Notes: generated from the letters alone by a model not told the origin. Positions 1 through 12,929 are shown, numbered from the stretch's first letter. The stretch is 64,000 nucleotides of DNA from Octopus vulgaris (GCA_951406725.2 OX597830.1:52452001-52516000), one strand, 5' to 3'. Made by a program: numbers and translations.

Positions 1-347
1 AGAAGGATATAAAGTTAAGTCATCTTCAGCAGGGTTTGAACACAGAATGCAAAGAGCCGGAACGAATACTGCAGGATATCTGTGTCCAACATTCTAGAGT
101 CTACCAGTCGACCTCCCCAACGTTGCTATGGCAACATGGTGCAGATATCATTGTCAAAGTATCTCTAACATTTAATTGCCTTCTCTTTGTTTTCTGTTTT
201 TTTGTGTTGTCTTTTTATTGATCTGTTGTCTCTTGATTGGAAGTCAACATGGCTCATGCGAAATAACCACCGTTTCGATCAAATATTTTCGTTGTGTCTG
301 TGATAGACATCACAAAGTGTTCAATTAATATCTTGCTTTCCATTCTG

Positions 348-465
348 ATGTATGTATGTATGTATGTATGTATGTATGTATGTATGCATGTATGTATGTA
401 TGTATGTATGTATGTATGTATGTGCATGCATGTGTGTGTGTACATATGTATGTATGCATGTATGT
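348..465. repeat. (ATGT)n microsatellite
   Basis: Direct tandem ATGT/GTAT run; source of the MYVC/HTYI ORFs. Confidence 0.95.
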
Positions 466-595
466 CATTTTCCATGCTGGCATGAGTTGGACAGTTTGGC
501 AGGATCTGGCAAGCTGCAAGATCGTGTTGAGCTCCAATGCTTCTTTTGGCAACGTCCCCATGGCTGTATGCCCTTCCTAATACCAACCTACTCAC

Positions 596-600
<5 letters not shown>

Positions 601-657
<57 letters not shown>
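601..657. repeat. (TAA)n microsatellite
   Basis: Perfect TAA run. Confidence 0.95.
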
Positions 658-660
<3 letters not shown>

Positions 661-661
661 C

Positions 662-857
662 TTTCAAATTTTGGTACAAAGCCAGCAATTTTGGGAGAGG
701 GGAGAAGTTGATTACATCAACCCAGTGCTCAACCAGTACTTATTTTATTGACCCCAAAAAGATGAAAGGCAAAGTCGATCTTAGCAGAATTTGAACTCAA
801 AATGTAGACAGATGAAATTCTGCTAAGTATTTGGTCTTGTGTGCTAATGGTTCTGTA
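662..857 (-). mobile_element. SINE family A, diverged copy
   Basis: Contains gatgaaaggcaaagtcgatc..gaatttgaactca, shared with more than 12 copies in the window. Confidence 0.8.
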
Positions 858-1194
858 AGAAGAAGGAGGAGGATTTGATCTTGATTCCAGTGCCATAACA
901 CCTTTCATCAGGCAGTTTGCAGAAACAATGAAAATTTCCTTAAAATTTCTCACAACAACCACTACCACTACCACAACCGTTATTAGCACCCACCTAAAAA
1001 TCTCCAGTCAACCAGATGACCAACGATCACTTTAAGTGCTCAACATCCCAGTTATCAAAGACTTCCAGAAAACAGGCTACAAAATGATAAAATCCATTAG
1101 GACAAGAAATCAACACCTCATCAATTTCTCTTGGTACAAGGATTTTAAAAAGATGTGTCACTGAAGTGATGGGTTTTTTTAAAATAACAATAAT

Positions 1195-1452
1195 GATAAT
1201 AATGAAATTATTGTATACAGTGCTCAGGTGTACCACAACTAGTCAAAAGTCTCTGTAAAGTATATGCAGTAATGTACAAATGTCTGGAAAGTGAACAGTG
1301 TATGAGTCAGATACATGCTTGTGTGTGTATGGAGGGGAGAAAATCAGGTGTAGTGTTGGCGAATCTCAGGAAGCATGGAAGTTTTGAAGGATGCAGTGCT
1401 CCGACAACTAACAACTGATGCTGGCAGTTTGTTCCATGCTTCAGCAACTCTT
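1195..1452 (-). mobile_element. CR1/L2-group LINE 3' end
   Basis: Minus strand reads RVAEAWNKLPASVVSCRSTASFK..., then a 3' UTR ending in (ATT)n; similar to 39375-39480. Confidence 0.75.
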
Positions 1453-1643
1453 GTGCATAACCTTGGTCATCTGAAACTAAAAATATGAGAAACACAACAT
1501 AGAAACAAAATAAACAGCATCTCTAAATAAAGTTATTCCAAGATAATGGAAGAAATTATTGAATCTGAATCCTACAATGCTATAAAATTTAAAACAGTGG
1601 GAAAATTGCAATGTGTAACAGTTGAAGACTCAGTAAATTCATA

Positions 1644-1800
1644 TACAAGGTCTGATCAATAAGTATCCGGATTGTTGCCATAGTAACAAAGTTAAAGCAT
1701 GCAGTATGAAGCTGCGAGGCAAAGATTGATCTTGAACTATGCTCACTGCCGCTCTTTACAGCAGTACTTGGAAGGAAGGGGTGTAGTGTGTGATTGTCAC
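1644..1800 (+). mobile_element. mariner-like terminal fragment
   Basis: TA followed by caaggtctgatcaataagtatccgg resembles a mariner TIR; no partner TIR seen. Confidence 0.45.
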
Positions 1801-1826
1801 ATATATATATATATATATATATATAT

Positions 1827-2517
1827 ACCCTGAGTGAAATGCTGGACATAAGAAGCATCAGATGTGGTGTGCAAGAGCGACGCTTGCGATGGTATGGTCA
1901 TGTACTGCGGATGGATGAGGAGAGATGTGTGAAGAAGTGCCACTCCCAAACAGTTGAAGGTATCAGGAGGAGAGGTAGACCCAGGAAGACATGGGATGAG
2001 GTAGTCAAGCATGACCTCAGAGCGTTGGGCCTCACTGAGGCAATGGCGAAGGACCGAGATCTCTGGAGATATGCTGTGACTGCAAGGACCTGGGCTGCTT
2101 CCTGCACCAGTTCCGCATAGCCCCCTGCACATTCAAAGTACCCTGGATCCCAGAACGTCCTGCTGTGCTTGAGGAGACCTGTTGAGTCAAGTACATGAAC
2201 ATGAACATCGAAATAAATATCAATGGAAATAGTAGTTGTGATACCTGTGCCGGTGGCACATAAAAAGCACCATCCATACGTGGCCGTTGCCAGCGCCGCC
2301 TCAACTGGCTTCTGTGCTGGTAGCACATAAAAAGCACCATCCGAACGTGGCTGATGCCAGCCCCGCCCCGACTGGCTTCTGTGCTGGTGGCACATAAAAA
2401 ACACCATCCGAATGTGGCCGTTGCCAGCGCCGCCTTGGCTGGCTTCCGTGCAGCCCCTGGCTTCCCAGACCCCGGTCGAACCATCCAACCCATGCTAGCG
2501 CGGAAAACGGACGTTAA

Positions 2518-2551
<34 letters not shown>
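1827..2551 (+). mobile_element. 5'-truncated RTE-clade LINE (ORF C-terminus, 3' UTR, (GAT)n tail)
   Basis: RRLRWYGHVLRM...RRRGRPRKTW...DRDLWR motifs; UTR has ~55-bp subrepeats; ends ggacgttaaat(gat)n. Confidence 0.9.
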
Positions 2552-2552
<1 letters not shown>

Positions 2553-2818
2553 ATGGACAGCCATGAAATGATCGTAGTGTTTTACTCATTATCTTTTATT
2601 AAACTTTTAATACTTTTGATATATATTTAAAATAATATAAATTAATTAATTTTATGTATTGGCTTATGTCTTTCATTGTTTGATTTGCCTAATAGTGGTT
2701 TTATCTCTAATTTAATATAATATAATATTTTACTATAAAATTGGATTTAATCCTAAATCTGATTTTTCCCTGTAAGTTTGGATTTATTCCCTAATATTTT
2801 ATTATTAATTTATATATA

Positions 2819-3333
2819 TCTATATATATAAAACTGTAGTTGTGTGAGTGTCTGTCCCCTTCGATTTAGATTCCTAACTACTCCCACATTTTGCGGTGCA
2901 GTTTAACCAAATTCGGGTATCTTATAGTCGTGATTCATATCGAGCCCGTCTGAATATTAGCACGTGTCTACGATGAGTCTACGATTTTAAAAATAATTTA
3001 ACATCATTTTTTATTCCATTTTAATGCATAATTTTTCATGGGTCGATGGCGGCGGAGTTGGCGTCCACGCTCAAACACCTGCACCTGTTTGCTTCTCCCC
3101 CTTCTTCCCTCCCTCGTGAAGCTGTGGGGAAGGGAGTGTAAGGAAATCAACGTCGTAAAGCGTTGTCAAGGAGACCAGCATTCTTTTAGAACAACGACTT
3201 CATGGCTTGAAGACACCAAAACAGAAATGGCTAAGAAAGCCCGAATTAGCATCTATAAGGGAAGTAACTCTCTAAAAATGCTTATATAGTTATTTCCCTT
3301 GCAAACCCGAGCAACGCCGGGCGATACTGCTAG
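2819..3333 (+). mobile_element. Non-autonomous Helitron
   Basis: A|TCTATATATATAAAA start; cccg-agcaacgc-cggg hairpin then CTAG|T end; no TSD; near-identical copy at 62069-62574. Confidence 0.85.
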
Positions 3334-3429
3334 TATATATATATATAAATATATATATAGGTGCAGGGGTGACACATAAACAAACACATGGCGAAATAAC
3401 TGTAGGTGTGGCTATATAGATGCAGGTAT

Positions 3430-3600
3430 TGCTGTGTTGTTGAAAAGAATACTTTCTGACTACATGGTTCCAGATTCAGTCCAACAATACGGTACCTTGG
3501 GCAAATGTCTTCTATTGTAGCCATAGGGCAACTAAAGTCTTGTGAGTTGATTTGGTAAATGGAAACTGAAAGAAGCCCATCATATATGTGTGTGTGTTTA
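3430..3600 (+). mobile_element. SINE family B (CORE-type, OR2-like) 5' part
   Basis: tRNA-like head followed by accttgggcaaatgtctt CORE-like motif and ggaaactgaaagaagccc. Confidence 0.75.
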
Positions 3601-4078
3601 TTTGTCTTGATAGAGTATGATAGTTGTAAATAAGTGTTACTGTCATACAAGCAACATCATTCATTTCTGTGAGAAGATGTCTGAACATGGGGAAATATTA
3701 CCTGTGGCATATGAAGGTTGGCAACTGGATGGGCATGTAGCCATAGAAAATCTGCTTCAGTCAATGAAAAAAGCTTCGTCCAAACAATGTCTAGCATGGA
3801 AAAATGGACATGAAAACAATGATGATGATTATTATTATGATGAGAGAGAAAGGGGGAGAGAGCGAGTGAGAGAGAAAGAGAGAGCAAGAGAAGAGAGACA
3901 GGCAGGAAATTTATTTTAATTACCAGTCTCTTTATGTATTTGGTAATTTACCCATGCACACCTGACAGTTCACACTTTCTCCATTTCTTTATTTTATCTT
4001 TTTGCTTCCACCCTGCTTTGTCCCCTTTTATGCTAACATGTGTGCACATGCAGGATGTTTCTTTGTATGCATGTGTAG

Positions 4079-4115
<37 letters not shown>

Positions 4116-4299
4116 ATGCACGTGTGCATGTGTTGGTTTGTTCGTCTGCATGTACACATTCAATTGTGGTTATGTGTATGTGAGAGCATGTGTGCAACCT
4201 TAACAGCTTTCCTTCTCTTCTGCTGACCCCGGCCAAAATCCAGCTAGTAATTTAAGGGATAGTGGGGGCAGCAGGCATGGAGTGTGGTTTGTTATCCTC

Positions 4300-4498
4300 C
4301 TTTTACTCTCTTTTACTCTTTTACTTGTTTCAGTCATTTGACTGTGGCCATACTGGAGCACCGCCTTTAGTTGAGCAAATCAACCCCAGGACTCATTCTT
4401 TGCAAGCCTAGTACTTATTCTATCGGTCTCTTTTGCTGAACCACTAAGTCATTGGTTGTCAAGCGATGTTGGGGGGGACAAACACAGACACACAAACA
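4300..4498 (-). mobile_element. SINE family B 3' half
   Basis: Reverse complement of ...ctccagcatggccgcagtcaaatgactgaaacaagtaaaagag tail. Confidence 0.8.
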
Positions 4499-5089
4499 TC
4501 TGTACATTGTTTAGCTTCTACATCACCAAACCTTAACAGCTTTCCTTCTCTTCTGCTGACCCTGGCCAAAAACCAGCTTGTAATTTAAACCAGCGGCTTA
4601 CCATTTTTGTATTCTCTAGTCCTCTTCTACCACTCCGTCATCAGAATGGTTTGTAGAAATCCATTCCTCGGCGTTGTCTTGTTTGAAGAACAAACCACAA
4701 TTCAGGGAAACACCAGAAAAAAAATTTCGTTTTTGGATTTGGTTTGCAAGATTCTTTATATGAGTTCGTGTGTTGAAAGCATTTCAGGAAAATAAAAATA
4801 AGAAATAAGTGGAAATTTTACCAGTGAGTGTGTTACATTATAAGGCACAAAAAGAAAATGACTCTCCCCAGACACAACAGAACCAGAGTAACAAAAACAG
4901 CTAAAATTATATAGTGTATAGATATGCATATATAAATACACACAAACACATACACATATACAGTATATCTTGAGTATACAATTAGATGTACAACTGCTAT
5001 GTTGAGTTTAGAGCTCAATGTAGATTATGACCATCCAGTTTGCTTCCACTGTAGTGGTTTGGTCACCACTATATCTTCAATCTTGAATC

Positions 5090-5710
5090 TTTTATCTTCT
5101 GCTTGTTTCAGTCATTAGACTGCAGCCATGGTGGGGCACCACCTAGAAGAATCTTTTCTTGAATGAATTGACCTCAGTACTTCTTTTTTTCTTTTTTTTT
5201 TTTAATCTTGGTAATTACTATATCTGTCTCTTTTGCTGAACTGCTAAGTTATGGGGATATAAACACAACAACACACTGGTTGTCAAGCAAGGGTGGGGAC
5301 ATTTCCGGACACATACACACATAACACACAACACACACACACACACACATATATTACAAGCTTCTTTCAACTTCTTATTTCTTTATTTCCCGCAAGGGAC
5401 TACACACAGAGGGGACAAACAAGGACAGACAAATGGATTAAGTTGATTACATCGACCCCAGTGCATAACTGGTTCTTATTTAGTCAACCCCGAAAGGATG
5501 AAAGGCAAAGTCTACCTTGGCGGAATTTGAACTCAGAACGTAGCAGCAGACGGAATACTGCAAAAGCTTCTGCCTACCAAATCCACTCACAGCAACTTGG
5601 TTGGACCTATGCTACAGTTGAAGACACTTGCCCATGGTGCCACATAGTGGGACTGAACCCAGACCCATGTGGTTAGAATACAAATTTCTTACCACACAGC
5701 TACACCTGTG
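5090..5710 (-). mobile_element. SINE family B interrupted by a family A SINE (~5375-5565)
   Basis: Family B tail and head flank a family A copy. Confidence 0.8.
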
Positions 5711-6340
5711 CTTATACTTAGTATGACATGTACAAGAAATGTAGGACAAATTATGATAAACATAAGTTTATATCATTTATTCCCTATGTATTATTCACCA
5801 TTGTAGTCATTTTAAACATCTGCATTGGGTGTTCCAAATGTATTTGGAAATTGTCTGCATTCGATTGCAGTAACATAATGAAATAAATTATTTCTTTGAC
5901 GATCCATTGTGGTTAAGCATCCAATTGTACTTGCAACATCCAATCAGAGCCTCTAAAGAACCACACCAGCCAAAACATACATAGGAACAAATGAAGCAAA
6001 AATTTTGTTAATCATAATTTCTCATATATACATACACATACCTCCACACACACACACACACTATGTTTCCTGCTATTATGCAGGTCAATCATTCCTCAAA
6101 AGAATCAAAACCCCTTGTCCAATTTTCTTGAAAGTTTTACGGAATATGTAGAATTATGTATCCCATGTCTCGTGTACTTTTCATCTAAATTGGTGAACAT
6201 TTAAAGAGGAAATGAAGAAAAACATGTTTACAGGGTGTTTCTTTATATTATGCAAGTTAACACGATACTGCTTTCCCTCATGTGATATGTGATTTCGAAA
6301 TGTTTTTTTTTTCTTAATTTCAGGTACAGAAAATATAGAA

Positions 6341-7359
6341 ATGGGTCAAAGTAAAAATATAACATCAAAGGAGAAGAAAGAAATAGTGAAACTACCGGGA
6401 GAAGGGAATGCAAAATATTGTAATTTCTAAAAAGCTAAATAGAGATTACAGAACAATAAAAAAAAAAAAAACAGGTACAAAACATTGAGAGAGTAAGAAT
6501 AAGGAAGAAAACAGGTTTGAAGAACATCACAAAATAGAGATAGGAGAAAACTCAAAAGAATTATGTGCAAGAAAAGTAGGTTAATCAGCGAATAAATCTT
6601 TGAAGAAGCAGGAACCTCTAACATACAAAGGAAAAACGTTGCACAATACTGAAATAGGCAAAGTCATAAATATCACAAAATTGCCTCTTTTAAAGAAAAA
6701 TACACAAAGAAAAAAAGAGTGACTTGGGTAAAAAAGATATATGAAGACAGATTTTACAAATGTTAATTTTTACTGACGAGTGCAGAGCAATATTAGAAGG
6801 GCCTGATGGACGGACAAGAGGCTGGGTGTTACATGGGAAAAGTCAACCAACATGATTAAGAAGACAGCAGGATAGTGGAGGAATCATGGTTTGGGCTGGT
6901 ATAGTTGGAGGAGACAGTATAGGTCCATTTGAGGTTGCTGATGAAGTCAAAATGAATGCTGGAAATTATTGCAAGTTTCAAGATGACAGCTTCTTCCATT
7001 GGCACAAGTCAACATCTTGAAGTTTCAAGTTAAAGAGCATATTTATGCATGATAATGCCCCTTCACACTCTGCCAAACTCACTATTAATCATTTAGCTCA
7101 GGAAGGTTTCAAGGAACATAAGACAATGGAACGGGTCCCCCAATCTCCAGATCTAAACAAAATAGAGAATGTGTAGTCAATAATTTAAAAAGATGTATAT
7201 TCTAATGATGAACAATATCCAAGCAGTGGTTTACTATGGAAAGCAATAAAAACTGCTGAAAGTAATATCAAAAGTGAGGTTGTTGAGAAATTGACAAAAT
7301 CAGATGATGAGAGAATATTTGAAGTTATATATGGTAAAGGAGGCTATATAAAGATGTAA
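6341..7359 (+). pseudogene. Decayed Tc1-superfamily transposase, DD37E (TRT-like)
   Basis: Reads MGQSKNITSKEKKEIVKL..., TDECRAILEGPDG (6772), MVWAGI, FMHDNAPSH (D at 7051) and PQSPDLNKIE (E at 7165), giving 37 residues between D and E; several stops and frameshifts. Confidence 0.88.
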
Positions 7360-7745
7360 AATATATACAAAATTGTTTGTAAATCGTTTGTAAATACTAG
7401 GATCTTACAAATTATTCAACACTGACCACAAGTCATGCATACACACACACACGTCTAATATACTCTGTACAGAGGTTGAAGTTATGAATGACATCCAGCC
7501 GTAGCGACCATGTCCCAAAACAAACATTAGAACTGAGCACTGTCCTCTGGCTCATCAGTTCTTGTCAAACTGTCCATTCCATACCAACATGGAAAAAGGA
7601 GCATTAAACGATAATGATGATGATGATGATAATGATGTACATACAAGGAAACTGACAGACAGGCAGATAGTTATTTCATTATGCAAAACATATTACATAT
7701 CCAAGTCAACAACCAAGACACACATTAAAATATGTAATAAATGAT

Positions 7746-8321
7746 TGTTGGCATCCTTTTTGTCTCGGCACACAATGGAGTTGCACATAGAATAATCTAG
7801 TCCAGCTTTTACATTTCATGTCCTAATACATCTCCTGCTGTGGCTGTGTAGTCCTATCCTGGACAAACACTCCCTCTGGCAGGTGCCACAAATGTAGCGA
7901 AGACTGTTCCTGGCTGGTTGTAATGTCATAGTTTCTTGTTGACGTCTTTTCTTGTCTTTCAATTTTTCCTCTCTCCCTCTGTCACTCCTTTGTATTGCCT
8001 CTTTTACGGTACATATCCAATCTCCATGGTTGCTGGCAACTGCTTCCCAGTTGGTAATATTGATGTTGCAGGCCTTCATGTCCCTTTTGCAAACATCCTT
8101 GTATCATAAGAACGGTCTTCCCACAGACCTAGTGCCCCTAGAAAGCTCTCCATAGAGTCAGGCATGTGTACTTAGCACTCTACTGTATGGAGTGAGACTT
8201 GGACGCCCTACACACGCCAAGAGCTTCGCCTAAATATCTTTCACCTGTGCTGCCTCCGGAAAATCCTTGACATCAAATGGCAGAATCATGTCCCCAACAA
8301 AGATGTCTTCAAGTAAGCAGA
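7746..8321 (-). mobile_element. RTE/BovB-type LINE 3' fragment with inverted 5' segment and 10-bp TSD
   Basis: Minus strand 7746-8155 reads LYGEL..GRP..YKDVCKRDMK..CGTCQRECLSRIGLHSHSRRC; plus strand 8158-8321 reads ACVLSTLLYG/ETWT..FHLCCLRKILDIKWQ; TSD aataaatgat at 7736-7745 and 8322-8331. Confidence 0.85.
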
Positions 8322-8426
8322 AATAAATGATAAATATGGAAATATTTACTTCTGTGTCTCAGATCTTAATTCATAAATATACTATAATTGTATAAAAAAG
8401 CTTATATATATATATATATATATATG

Positions 8427-9758
8427 AACTAGAGAAGAAGTTCCAGGTATGAAAGCAAGGTCTAGAATCAAAGGGCCTAGCAAAAACCAAAGTCTTAGTA
8501 AGTAGGAAGGCAGACAAATCTCTTCAGGTAGATAGCCTTGCTCAATCTGTAGAAAAAGTGTAAGTAGAAACTCCATAAGATGCACCCAGTGTGAGCTTTA
8601 AACACATAAAAGGTGCAACAAATTCTGAGGAAGGTTAACAGGGAAACTCGCTTGTGTATGTGGAAGATGTACAGGTACAATAAACACTGAAAATGTGCAG
8701 AAAATATACTCCATCAACTGTCAGGAGGCAAGCCAGAGGTAGTAGACAGCTTCCATTATCTAGGGGACCAAATTAGTAGTGGAGGTGAATGCTCCAAGAG
8801 TGTAGCTGTGAGAATAAGATTAGGCTTGGCAAAGTTCAGAGAGCTCCAGCCCCTGCTGGCAACAAAGGGCCTCTCCCTCAGAGTGAAAGGCAGAGTGTAT
8901 GATGCCTGTGAATGAACAGCTATGCTGCATGGCAGTGAAACATGGGCGATGACAGCCAAGGATGTGTGTAGACTTGAGAGAAATGAAGCCAGTATGCTTT
9001 GCTGGATGTGCAATATCAGTATGCATGTTCGATAGCATGTAAGCATCTTGAGAGAAAAGTTAGGCATAAGAGGAATAAAATGTGGTGTGCAAGAGAGACG
9101 ACTGTGCTAGTATGATCATGTGATGTGTATAGACAAGGACAGTTGTGTAAATAAGTGCCGATCTCTAACTGTGGAGGGAACGTGTGGTAGAGGTAGACCC
9201 AGGAAGACATGGGACGAGGTAGTGAAGTATGATCTTCGAACTTTGAGCCTCACAAAGGAAATGACTGGTGACTGAGACCTTTGGTAATGTGCTGTGCTTG
9301 AGAGGACCCATCAAGCTAAGTGCAGCTGTGTTGGTGGAACATACAGAGCATCTTTCGAGCATTGGGCCTCACAGAGGCAAAGTGGCCAAGTTCCTTTCGA
9401 GTGTTGGGCTTCACGGAGGCAATGACCGAGACCTTTGGCATTACATCATGCTTGAGAAAAAGACCCATCAAGCCAAGCAAAATCACAGTTGTGGTAGATA
9501 CCGGTGTCATGTAAATTGGCACTCATGCTGGTGGCACATAAATACACACCCTGGTGTCATGCAAATCGCACCCATGCCAGTGGAATGTAAACACACCCAT
9601 TACACTCACAGAGTGGTTGGCATTAGGAAGGGCATCCAGCCATAGAAACCCACGCCAAATCACACTGAAGTTTAGTGCAACTTTCCAGCATGCCAGCCCA
9701 GTCAAACCCTCCAGCCCATGCCAGCAAAGACAACAGACGTTAAATGATGATGATGATA
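8427..9758 (+). mobile_element. RTE-clade LINE, 3' ~1.3 kb, decayed
   Basis: KTKVLVSR, CSICRKSVSRNSIRCTQC, SFHYLGD, LAKFREL.PLL, MLHGSETW and RGRPRKTW motifs; UTR ends in (GAT)n; same family as 1827-2551 and 33330-34757. Confidence 0.9.
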
Positions 9759-9791
9759 TACATATACATATGTGTACATGAATATATATAT

Positions 9792-10165
9792 AGGCACAGG
9801 AGTGGCTGTGTGGTAAATAGCTTGCTTACCAACCACATGGTTCCACAGTCCCACTACATGGCACCTTGGGCAAATGTCTTCTACAATAGCCTCAGGTCTT
9901 GTGAGTGGATTTGGTAGATGGAAACTGAAAGAAGCCCATAGTGTGTGTGTGTGTGTTTGTGTCTGTGTTAGTCTCCCCATCATCACTTGACAACCAATGT
10001 TGGTGTATTTACATCCCGCAACTTCACAGTTTAGCAAAAGAGACTGATAGAATAAATACTAGAGAATAAGTCCTGGAATCGATTTGATTGACTAAAAAAA
10101 AGGCAGTGCTCCAGCATGGCCGCAGTCAAATGACTGAATCAAGAAATGAATAAAAGGAAAAGAAT
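9792..10165 (+). mobile_element. SINE family B, full length
   Basis: tggctgtgtggtaa head, CORE-like block, internal (TG)n, conserved tail. Confidence 0.88.
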
Positions 10166-10789
10166 ATATATATATATATACATATATATAGATATGATTA
10201 AAAGGAAAAAGTTATGCATAGACTTTACTTTGAAGTGCCCCAGATATTCAAACCTGAGGTGTTAGAATAATGTAGAAGTGAGAAACAAATTTAGGCAAAT
10301 CCAAGTCACATATACATTTATATTTATTTAGCCATAGACCCAACATGCATGAATTTCTCTAAAAGTATGTTCAATACAATAAAAATAAAAAAACATAAAT
10401 ATATAGACATATACATTAAAAATATATCGCAAAAAATAAATACGTATATAGGTCGACTTAGAGATTACAAAAAAACGTCATAAAAAGAGTCAATCTATAA
10501 AATGAAAAGTTTGGGTTTTACTAATCCAGTTAATAATCCTGTGCCTGTTTCTGGGGTGGGGGGGTCTGGTTGTCCAGTAATAAAAAAGCTATTTACACCC
10601 ATTTTTGGATACTACCTCCTTCACATGAACTGAAAAAAGTAGTACATGTGATCCTTTAGAGAAATTTATTTTCCTTGATGAAGGGAAAATGAACTGAAAA
10701 ACATTTTTATAAAGAAGAGTTGTTTGTTTCATTCTCCTTGTGTGTCGATTCTGCCCATAAGAAAGGAACAAATAATACAATGTGGCTGT

Positions 10790-10828
10790 AGGTCATAACA
10801 CCCTGGCAACGCCAGGATGCATCGCTAG
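10790..10828 (+). mobile_element. Helitron-like 3' terminus (second family)
   Basis: cctgg-caacg-ccagg hairpin then CTAG|T; 5' end not located (possibly near 10190). Confidence 0.55.
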
Positions 10829-11236
10829 TACATTATATAACATAATAAACGCATATAAATGTATGCAAATATAAGTTTCATAAACTATTCCACAGCAAAT
10901 GGATTCAACTTGCACTTCATTTCATATAATAATAACTTTGGCCTACAAAAAATTGAGTATTTTTTTTCCTCTTAATATTTCACCATTAATATCATCGCAT
11001 CTGTTTACAGAATGCTTATAGATTTAATGGCAAATAGATTTGAGACAGACACTATGCCAGAATTGTCTGGAACCAATAATAAGAATTCTTTGGCCAGAAG
11101 AGAAATAGTTTTTGTAAAAATATAACTGGGTAAATACAAAGAAATTAATAAGTCACAACAAATCCATTGATTTTGTGGGTATACATCAATTATATTTGGT
11201 TTATATTTTTTATGTATGTATTGTGTGTGTGTGTGT

Positions 11237-11620
11237 GGAGGCGCAACGGCCCAGTGGTTAGGGCAGCGGACTCGCGGTCATAGGATCGTGGTTTCGATTC
11301 CCAGACCGGGCGTTGTGAGTGTTTATTGAGCGAAAACACCTAAAAGCTCCACAAGGCTCCGGCAGGGGATGGTGGTGATCCCTGCTGTACTCTTTCACCA
11401 CAACTTTCTCTCACTCTTACTTCCTGTTTCTGTTATACCTGTATTTCAAGGGGCCGGCCTTGTCACTCTCTGTGTCATGCTGAATATCCCCGAGAACTAT
11501 GTTAAGGGTGCACGTATCTGTGGAGTGCTCAGCCACTTACACATTAATTTCATGAGCAGGCTGTTCCGTTGATTCGGATCAACCGGAAACCTCATCGTCG
11601 TAACCGACGGAGTGCTTCCA
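11237..11620 (+). mobile_element. SINE family C (tRNA-derived), full length
   Basis: A box ggcccagtgg and B box ggtttcgattcc; closely matching copies at 13838, 44602 and 61598. Confidence 0.9.
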
Positions 11621-12076
11621 TTGTGTGTGCGTGTGTAAGCTTGTATGTATGTGCTCTTGAATCCTTAATTATTTGAAGTCTTCCTGAAAGGAAGTAGCTG
11701 ATTTCTATCAAAGATACATAGTTCTACTGTTGCAATGTAAGATAACAATGTCACATGTTGAACTTAAGAAAAACCCTGCATATTTTTACTATTCCACTTA
11801 CAGACAGTATTTGTAATATGGGTGTAAGTTGACTGATTTTTTTCTGAAAACTATTTTGTTCAGATTGTCATTTAGATAGTTACTAACAAAAGCTGGGGTA
11901 CCAACTGGGATTGATATAAATGTGAATTTATGATCTTGATCTACAAGCTGGAAGTTTCAAAGCAGTTGTCCTCTTTCTGTTTGATTTTCTAAAAAACATT
12001 CACATTAAGAAGGCAACTAACCTCTATGACAGTACATACCTTTTCTTGTCCGTTCTAAACAACAATATGCAACCTA

Positions 12077-12303
12077 TTTCTTTACTACCCACAAGGAGCT
12101 AAACACAGAGAGGACAAACAAGGACAGACAAAGGGATTAAGTCGATTATATTGACCCCAGTGTGTAACTGGTACTTATTTTATCGACTGCGGAAGGATGA
12201 AAGGCAAAGTCGACCTCGGTGGAATTTGAACTCAGAACGTAGCGGCAGACAAAATACCGCTAAGCATTTCGCACAGCGTGCTAAGGTTTCTGCCAGCTTG
12301 CCA
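12077..12303 (-). mobile_element. SINE family A, full length
   Basis: Minus strand has a tRNA-like head (tggcagaaacc.., gagttcaaattcc) and a central gcctttcatcctt..gtcgataaa..agtaccag block that resembles widely conserved SINE central domains. Confidence 0.88.
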
Positions 12304-12929
12304 ACCTGTTATGCTTACTCTTGATAGAGGTTTTGACAGGAATGTTCCACCAATATTTCATATATTGATGCCTATGTATTCAATAACAGGGGCGATTCTC
12401 TATATTTATCTCAAGATAGTATTTTGTTGGATAGGATCATATATTGATTTAGTGATACTGTCATGTCAAATTGAGAGGTAGTACCTTGATGGCATTTTTC
12501 GAGAGCTGCTGATTACAGGTGTGTTGTTTTCCACAGAAATATGATGTACTTGACATTATTGGTTGCATCTTAAGGCTCCAATGACGTCAGTATGTATTTT
12601 GTTTTTTTAAGTGTTTAGTAGTGTGCTCTTGCTCATGGATTACAAATGTATAACCTTCAATGTATGGTGTGATGCAGCAGTCATGAATCTAAGAAAGGTT
12701 GCACTTCACGTCAGTATCTACAAATGTATGTTATCTTTTTAGTTTTGTCTCTAGATTTTTTTGCCACTAGAGAAAGAGTTAGTTTCTAATCTAAATCCAA
12801 GGCTCCTTTATTGGTTGTGGTGCATATGTGCATGCATTGGGACTCAGTGCATGTGCAGATTGGTATATTTTGTTTTATGTATGTACACTCATACATACTG
12901 TTGCACGTCTAGATATACACATATTTACA

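Noticed and set aside
11237-11310. tRNA-like sequences (also at 14120, 15041, 44910, 47427, 61598)
   Set aside because: They have A/B boxes but run into SINE bodies with TSDs and lack a full cloverleaf; they are SINE heads, not tRNA genes.
11369-11572. Recurrent ORF MVVIPAVLFHHNFLS... (also at 44649 and 61680)
   Set aside because: The recurrence reflects SINE family C copies, not a gene family.
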